64,000 nt of DNA, from the NCBI GenBank assembly GCA_021295915.1, contig JAGWBK010000013.1, positions 940 through 64,939 of the forward strand, given 5' to 3'. The notes below the pieces were generated by a model, which was not told the DNA's origin, did not search any database, and saw only the letters and a program-made list of their open reading frames with translations. Shown here one piece after another: positions 58,480 through 64,000 of this stretch. Origin of the DNA: Dehalococcoidia bacterium. Its GTDB lineage: Bacteria > Chloroflexota > Dehalococcoidia > Lucifugimonadales > UBA1123. The position numbers and the translations under genes are program-made. Numbering within the stretch: the stretch's first letter is position 1; each line of letters begins with the position of its first letter.

Positions 58480-58812
58480 TATGGATCTCTAATAGTACTG
58501 ATGTTCTGTTATTGATAGTACCGGTGTGGTGGTCTGGCGTCAAGGGATTGCCTGACCCCTGCGTGTGGATTCCCGCTCCCCGTTTCCACGGGGACATGCT
58601 TCGTGGGAATGACGGGTGAGCGCAGATAGTAGAGGCGGAATGCTCTTAGCGCGACGTGTCTCCTATGGGGGCCCGCGTGCGGGCAGTACAAGTTTCGTTG
58701 ACAGCCCTTGGGTGCTGGAATACACTCGCTCCACCCCGTATCTCAGTACGGGGTGACGCTTTTATGGCCCGGCTGATTTGGCCCGTCGCGGTGGGCCGGG
58801 CGGCCACAGGAG

Positions 58813-59604
58813 ATGCGACAGATGCAGCTCGAAGACAAGGTCGCGGTGGTCACCGGCGCCGGCAGGGGCATGGGTCGCGCTATCTCGCTGGGACTCGCCA
58901 GCGAGGGCGCTAACATCGTCGCGGCGGACATCGACATCGCCAATGCCGAGGACACCAGCATCGAGGTACGAAACCTCGGCCGCGACTGTCTCGCGGTGCA
59001 CACCGATGTCGGCGACGTCTCCCAGGTCGACCGCATGATCTCCGACGCCAAGGACAGGTTCGGCAAGATCGACATCATCGTCAACAACGCCGGCGTCACC
59101 AGGTACCTGTACGTCATGGATATAGAGGAGTCCGACTGGGACCGCATCCACAGGGTCAACGCCAAGGGCGTGTTCTTCAGTATGCAGCGCGCTGCGAGGG
59201 AGATGATCGAGCAGGGCGACGGCGGACGCATAATCAACATCGCCTCCATCGCCGGCAAGGGGTACTCTGGGACGTCCAACGCTGCCTATGCTGCCAGCAA
59301 GGGCGCAGTGATCTCGATGACGATGATCGCCGCCCACCAGCTCGGTCAGCACGACATCAACGTCAACGCGATATGCCCGGGGTCGACGATCACAGAGATG
59401 TCGAGAGCGACGATGGTCGGCAGGGCCGAGAGCGCGGGCGTCAGCATCGAAGAGCTTCAACGTCAACGCAATGAGATCATTCCGATCGGGCGGTCAAACG
59501 AGCCGGAGGACATCGCGGCAATGGCGGTGTTCCTGGCGAGTCCGGGAGCGCGGAACATCACCGGGCAGGCGTTCAACGTGGACGGCGGGCTGGTGATGCA
59601 CTGA
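58813..59604 (+). CDS. SDR-family oxidoreductase
   Basis: VTGAGRGMGRA, NNAG and YAASKGA (YxxxK). Confidence 0.9.
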   Translation: MRQMQLEDKVAVVTGAGRGMGRAISLGLASEGANIVAADIDIANAEDTSIEVRNLGRDCLAVHTDVGDVSQVDRMISDAKDRFGKIDIIVNNAGVTRYLYVMDIEESDWDRIHRVNAKGVFFSMQRAAREMIEQGDGGRIINIASIAGKGYSGTSNAAYAASKGAVISMTMIAAHQLGQHDINVNAICPGSTITEMSRATMVGRAESAGVSIEELQRQRNEIIPIGRSNEPEDIAAMAVFLASPGARNITGQAFNVDGGLVMH

Positions 59605-59665
59605 TCTATCCACGAAGGACGCCAAGGGGCACAAAATAAAGAGGTGAAGACCTCCGAGATTCTAC

Positions 59666-59830
59666 CCGTCATTCCGGCGGAGGCCGGAACCCACGAAGTG
59701 GCTCGCCGCTCGGCAATCCAGGGGATGGGGACGTCCTTCGACAGGCTCAGAGCCTGCGCTGGACTTGATCCGGTGACGAACGAATTGTCGGTTTACCCAC
59801 CCCTGTCTGCCCAACGAGGGAGTAGGGGCT
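59666..59830 (+). repeat. Rep-F element, copy 2, with nested Rep-G hairpin
   Basis: It matches 52575-52705 and adds an extra AGCCTGCGCTGGACTTGATCCGGTG (59751-59775). Confidence 0.85.
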
Positions 59831-59852
59831 TCTGTAGAAGGAAAGCTGAAAA

Positions 59853-60290
59853 GTGAGAGTACAGGGTTCATTCACGTTTGACGCGGGCATCGAGAAGGTC
59901 TGGACGTCGATGCTGTCCTCGGAGGTGCTGGCGTCGTGCATACCGGGCTGCGACGAGATACGCTCCACCGGTGAGAACAGCTATGAGATCGACCTGACGG
60001 TCAGGGTCGCTTCGGTACGGGGGGAGTACAAGGGTGAGGTGCGGCTGGAGGACATCGACGAGTTCAAGTCGTACCGCATGGTGGTGACCGGCAGCGGTCG
60101 TGGCGGATCAGTCCAGGGGTCAGGCGACCTCAGCTTCTCTGAAGCCGACGGCAAGACAACCGTCGACGTCACGGGCGATACGCAGGTTACCGGCGTGGTC
60201 GCGCGTGTCGGGCAGAGGCTGCTCGGCGGTGCATCACGAATGATGATGCGCCAATTCTTCGACTGCCTGAGGACGAAGATAGAGGAATAG
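59853..60290 (+). CDS. CoxG/SRPBCC-family protein
   Basis: MRVQGSFTFDAGIEKVW...SYEIDLTVRVASVRGEYKGEVRL...VARVGQRLLGGASRMMMRQFF. Confidence 0.85.
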   Translation: MRVQGSFTFDAGIEKVWTSMLSSEVLASCIPGCDEIRSTGENSYEIDLTVRVASVRGEYKGEVRLEDIDEFKSYRMVVTGSGRGGSVQGSGDLSFSEADGKTTVDVTGDTQVTGVVARVGQRLLGGASRMMMRQFFDCLRTKIEE

Positions 60291-60388
60291 TGAATTGAGA
60301 GTGTGGAATGGTGAATGAAGCTTTGTGCTGAGGCCTCGGGTCATCCCTCTGAAGATTCCGAATTCACCATTCACTATTCCACATTCCC
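60284..60388. repeat. Rep-E inverted-repeat cassette, empty copy (E4)
   Basis: Left arm GGAATAGTGAATTGAGAGTGTGGAATGGTGAATGAAG. Right arm GAATTCACCATTCACTATTCCACATTCC. Confidence 0.8.
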
Positions 60389-60430
60389 AGATACAGAGGT
60401 CCAGACTAACAGGAAATCGACGGCGTCCTG

Positions 60431-61246
60431 GTGATTACGATGGACGACCCGCCTACGCGGAACGCTATCGGCGACGAGATGGCCGGTGAGATTAACCAGG
60501 AGCTGGACAGGCTTGAGGGCTCGGACCACCTGCGGGCGGTGGTGCTGACGGGTCGCGATCCGTCGTTCTGCTCCGGGGCGAACGTCAAGCGGATGGACGA
60601 CGCCAACCGCGCTCGGAGCGAGGAGGCGGCGCTGCCCGCCGACCGAAAGGCGTGGGACGTGCTCAACGAAGCCTGGGATGACCTGGGTGAGCCGGACCCG
60701 GAAGAGGAGATCGACGGTGTGCGCTTCGTGCCGCTGCGTCTTCACGAGCTTCAGAAGCCGTCCATCGCTGCCGTGAACGGCTACGCGATGGGTCTCGGCA
60801 TGGGCATCGCGCTGTCGTGCGACATTCGGATAGCGTCGGAGAACGCGCGGATGTCGGAGACGTTCATCAGGCGCGGACTGATCCCGGCGGACGGCTCGTG
60901 CTGGCAGCTTCCGAGGATGATCGGACTCGGCAACACGATGCTGCTCCAGTACACCGGCGCGGTGCTCGAGTCCGACGAGTGCGCACGACTCGGCATCGTC
61001 AACAAAGTCGTCGAGCACGGCGAACTCATGGAGCAGACGCTCGACCTCGCCCGCCAGATCGCGAGCGGCCCGACCTACTCGATGGCGCTACTGAAGAAGC
61101 TGGTACAGCAATCACTGTACGTCGACTTCGCCGAAAGCCTGCGCCTAGCCGGCCCCGCCCAAAACCTCGCCCGCCGCACCCAGGACCACAAAGAAGGCGT
61201 CCGAGCCTTCGTGGAAAAGCGGCAGCCAAGGTACGTGGGTCGGTAG
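60431..61246 (+). CDS. enoyl-CoA hydratase/isomerase family protein (N-terminus clipped by Rep-E)
   Basis: VVLTGRDPSFCSGANV...KPSIAAVNGYAMGLGMGIAL. The same frame upstream reads QEIDGVLV before TAA 60407. Confidence 0.88.
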   Translation: MITMDDPPTRNAIGDEMAGEINQELDRLEGSDHLRAVVLTGRDPSFCSGANVKRMDDANRARSEEAALPADRKAWDVLNEAWDDLGEPDPEEEIDGVRFVPLRLHELQKPSIAAVNGYAMGLGMGIALSCDIRIASENARMSETFIRRGLIPADGSCWQLPRMIGLGNTMLLQYTGAVLESDECARLGIVNKVVEHGELMEQTLDLARQIASGPTYSMALLKKLVQQSLYVDFAESLRLAGPAQNLARRTQDHKEGVRAFVEKRQPRYVGR

Positions 61247-61356
61247 GGCGACTAGGGAGTATCCGCTCGCACTTACGCTGTACTTGACATCCCACGAGCC
61301 ACCATCGGGGGGCTTCTACTGTTTCCGCCTAAGTCGTCACGGCGGAGGAGTGCAAC

Positions 61357-61605
61357 ATGACTCCATTAAGTGATCAAATATCCGCATACGAAGAAATGCG
61401 CAGCTGCCTGGAGACCGACCACTTCGGGAAGTGGGTTGTGGTCTACGATGAAGACCTAGCAGGAATTTACGAGTCTTTCGAAGCTGCTGCTGAGGATGCT
61501 GTGAAGCGCTTTGGTCGTGGTCCCTACCTGATCAGGCAGGTGGGCGCTCCCCCGATTGCACTACCTGCTTCCGTGTTATACAGGCCTGTGAATGCCGACG
61601 GTTAG
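61357..61605 (+). CDS. small protein (DUF5678-like GKWV motif) paired with an aspartic protease
   Basis: HFGKWVVVYDEDLAGIYESFEAAAEDAVKRFGRGPYLIRQVG; overlaps the downstream gene by 14 nt. Confidence 0.5.
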   Translation: MTPLSDQISAYEEMRSCLETDHFGKWVVVYDEDLAGIYESFEAAAEDAVKRFGRGPYLIRQVGAPPIALPASVLYRPVNADG

Positions 61606-62050
61606 CATCGGATTTGAAGACGGCCCCGATGTTCGGGGCCGCGACTCATTAGTACGCTTCGGGCCGACCCTGTATGTAAGCATTGGGTTCGACCCGACCT
61701 ACAGTCCCGATGGTCCAGAACTCCCGAACTTGCCCGACAGACAATACCCTGCCCTAGTAGACACGGGTGCTTTGGAGAGTTGCATAGATTCGACTCTTGC
61801 CATTGACCTCGACCTGCCCATCGCTGATCGGCAGGTAGTATCCGGAGTGCATGGGGCAAGTGAGGTCAACTTTCATTTGGCTCAGATCTATGTCCCTGAA
61901 TTTGGGGCTGCTGTCTACGGGAGATTCGCCGGAGTGCACCTCATTTCAGGAGGACAGAGACATCTCGCTCTAATAGGCAGATCGTTCCTACAAAACTTCA
62001 TGATGACTTATGATGGACGGACAGGGGCTGTAACTCTCAGCACCGATTAG
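61592..62050 (+). CDS. retropepsin-like (clan AA) aspartic protease
   Basis: ALVDTGALESCID (D-T-G) and ...LIGRSFLQNF. Confidence 0.7.
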   Translation: MPTVSIGFEDGPDVRGRDSLVRFGPTLYVSIGFDPTYSPDGPELPNLPDRQYPALVDTGALESCIDSTLAIDLDLPIADRQVVSGVHGASEVNFHLAQIYVPEFGAAVYGRFAGVHLISGGQRHLALIGRSFLQNFMMTYDGRTGAVTLSTD

Positions 62051-62149
62051 TGATGCCAATAAAATACGTCGCAACACCATGCCAAATGAACTGGTTAGGC
62101 GTTTCTGGATAATGCATGAGACATCCAAGCAGGCCGGTAGTTGCGACTC

Positions 62150-63001
62150 CTACTCTCTGGGTCTGGCGGAGTAGTCTTCGAAGGGGCCGTCGCGCCATTG
62201 GAGGGCGGCTCTGAGGCCTTCGGCCTGGGAGATGTCGCTGAACACTCCGGCGGTGTGGCGGAAGGTGGACAGTCCCTGCCAGTCGACTCCGACCTCCAAC
62301 GCGGTCCTGATGCCCATGATCTCGTAGGCGCGGTTCACGGCCTTCTTGGAGGCGGCGAGCATGTCGGGGGCGATGGTCGCGATGGCCCTGGCCTCCCTGG
62401 CGGTCTCGGTGTCGAGATCGTCGGCGGGGAACGCCTTTGTGGCCCAGCCGATCTCGACGGCCTCCGTGCCGGACACGGCCTTGCCGGTGAACATCAGGTA
62501 CTTGGCCTGGCTCATCGGCATCTTCCACGGGAAGAACATGGTGTCGGGGGTCGTCAGCGCCCTGACCGGCGGGTAGCCAAGCTGAGCGTCCTCGGCGACG
62601 AACATGATGTCGCACATCGAGGCCAGCTCGCTCGCTCCGGCGAGGCACCAGCCGTGCACCTGCGCGATGACCGGCTTGGTCAGCTCCCAGATAAGCCACA
62701 GGCCGTTGACGAGGTCGCGGGCGTACTGCGCGGTTAGCTGGTCGACGTCCTCGGAGACGTAGCCTTCCTCGGGGCGATTGGGTGACGGCTGGGTCGGGGT
62801 GAGGTCGTAGCCCGCGCTGAAGGCGCGTCCCTCGCCCTTGATGACGATGCAGCCGACGTCGCCATCGCGTTCGGCCCTCTTCAGCGCGTCACGCAGCTCC
62901 AGTCGCAGCGCCCAGCTCAGGGCGTTCATCTTCTCGGGCCGGTTGAGCGAGATGGTGCAGACCCGCTCGTCGACGTTGTACAGGATGTTTTCGTATGTCA
63001 T
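62150..63001 (-). CDS. enoyl-CoA hydratase/isomerase family protein
   Basis: VCTISLNRPEKMNAL...IVIKGEGRAFSAGYDL...KPVIAQVHGWCLAGASEL. Confidence 0.9.
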   Translation of the reverse strand: MTYENILYNVDERVCTISLNRPEKMNALSWALRLELRDALKRAERDGDVGCIVIKGEGRAFSAGYDLTPTQPSPNRPEEGYVSEDVDQLTAQYARDLVNGLWLIWELTKPVIAQVHGWCLAGASELASMCDIMFVAEDAQLGYPPVRALTTPDTMFFPWKMPMSQAKYLMFTGKAVSGTEAVEIGWATKAFPADDLDTETAREARAIATIAPDMLAASKKAVNRAYEIMGIRTALEVGVDWQGLSTFRHTAGVFSDISQAEGLRAALQWRDGPFEDYSARPRE

Positions 63002-63120
63002 GTCTAGTTCCGTGTCCAGATGGTTTCATCATACGTAGATCTACAGAGAACTCTGGATACCGGCCTTCGCCGGTATGACGATTGGGATGGATGGTATGTC
63101 ATTTTCACCTGGACATGGTA

Positions 63121-64000
63121 CTAGGCCTCGTCCAGTGCCTGTTGGATTGCCTCTGCGGTTGTGTTGACCTGTACGCCGGCGCGCTCCTCCTGGAGGATCA
63201 TGGCAACCCTGGAGTCGCGGTCGCCCCAGCCTCTGTTGAGCGCCTCGGTCATCTCGGCCAGCGCCAGGTTGGCGAGCTTCATGGGGACGTCGTACTGCCT
63301 GCCGACCTGGCAGGCGAGGTCCATGTCCTTTCTCGCGAGACGGAGGGCGAAGTCGGGCGGGTCGTAGCTATCGATCAGGAAGTGGTCGGCGAGACGGTCG
63401 AACGCTCCGCGTCTGCCCTGGGCGCCCTGCTTGACGGCGAGCCAGAGTCCGAGCGGGTCCACACCGGCCTTCACACCCATGGTGAAGACCTCGGCGAGTC
63501 CGGCCTGGATGATGTACCCGGCGCAGTTGTGCACGAGCTTGGCCACCGCGCCCGCGCCTATGGGGCCGACGTAGTAGGGCTGGTCGCCCATCGAGTCGAG
63601 CGTGGGCTTGACGCGGTCGAAGACCTCGCGGTCGCCGCCCACCCAGATGGCGAGCTTGCCGGTACGTGCGCCCTCGGGTCCGCCGCTCACAGGCGCGTCC
63701 AGAACGTGGATGCCGCGCGGGGCGAGACGTTCGTGTATCTGCCGGATCATTTCGGGGGAGCTGGTGCTGAGGTCGAGGTACACCTTACCTTCGGTCAGGC
63801 CCTCGTGCAGTCCGTCCTCGCCGAGGGCAACGGCCTCCACCTCGACCGGGCCGGGAAGCGACGTGAAGACGATCTCGGACTGCTGGGCGACCTCTCGCGG
63901 GGTGTCTGCCCACTCTGCGCCCAATTCGAGATGGGGCGTAGCCGACTCGCGGCGGATGTCGTGGACGACGAGCTCGTTGCCGCCGCGAATGGCGTTGAGG
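63121..64000 (-). CDS. 3-hydroxyisobutyrate dehydrogenase / beta-hydroxyacid dehydrogenase family (N-terminus beyond window end)
   Basis: FTSLPGP...LDAPVSGGPEGARTGKLAIWVGGD...GAGAVAKLVHN. The frame stays open to nt 64000 (…LNAIRGGNELVVHDIRRES…). Confidence 0.85.
   Translation of the reverse strand, partial: LNAIRGGNELVVHDIRRESATPHLELGAEWADTPREVAQQSEIVFTSLPGPVEVEAVALGEDGLHEGLTEGKVYLDLSTSSPEMIRQIHERLAPRGIHVLDAPVSGGPEGARTGKLAIWVGGDREVFDRVKPTLDSMGDQPYYVGPIGAGAVAKLVHNCAGYIIQAGLAEVFTMGVKAGVDPLGLWLAVKQGAQGRRGAFDRLADHFLIDSYDPPDFALRLARKDMDLACQVGRQYDVPMKLANLALAEMTEALNRGWGDRDSRVAMILQEERAGVQVNTTAEAIQQALDEA

Larger units (their letters stand above)
55161..58620 (-). mobile_element. phage-derived mini-island bounded by 58-bp direct repeats (393-aa ORF, TerL, G-rich array, GIY-YIG)
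   Basis: 55161-55218 and 58563-58620 are identical at 54 of 58 positions (GTGTGGATTCyCGyTCCCCrTTTCCACGGGGACAwGCTTCGTGGGAATGACGGGTGAG), in the same orientation. Confidence 0.35.

Overview
High-GC bacterial chromosomal segment with about 57 supportable protein-coding genes. I found no rRNA, tRNA or CRISPR array by eye. The gene content includes an LLM flavin oxidoreductase, three crotonases, family-III CoA-transferases, SDRs, MFS transporters, CoxS/M/G, an arylsulfotransferase-like propeller and an Ldh_2 oxidoreductase. Together with the very dense small palindromic repeats, this looks like a marine or sponge-associated Chloroflexota (SAR202-like) genome; that assignment is inference only.

The backbone is a pyrimidine operon (PyrR attenuator, pyrR, pyrB, pyrC, carA, carB). 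It has been pulled apart by inserted cargo: two tandem NUDIX genes, a DUF433/DUF5615 pair, a vapBC pair, a GDPD gene and a 4-kb block of unrelated genes. Both carA and carB carry reading-frame breaks.

Most interesting observations:
1. A two-domain rhodanese has its catalytic-Cys codon replaced by in-frame TGA, followed by a SECIS-like hairpin. This is a candidate selenoprotein that ORF callers truncate.
2. A promoter-equipped two-gene module pairs a PIN toxin with a 312-aa DUF3883 (PD-(D/E)xK-like) protein instead of a small antitoxin. That protein ends in a Phd-like toxin-binding tail.
3. At least seven families of short palindromic or inverted-repeat elements are present. Several sit in-frame inside genes: carB, a GT39-PA14 membrane protein, the linker that fuses two CoA-transferase genes, and a phage-derived ORF.
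4. An IVS-like inverted-repeat cassette occurs in four copies, one carrying a four-helix-bundle gene. It sits on gene ends and supplies stop codons.
5. A 3.4-kb mini-island bounded by 58-bp direct repeats carries a GTA-type large terminase, a GIY-YIG nuclease and a 21-nt G-rich tandem array.

All domain calls come from motif recognition by eye; no database search was run.
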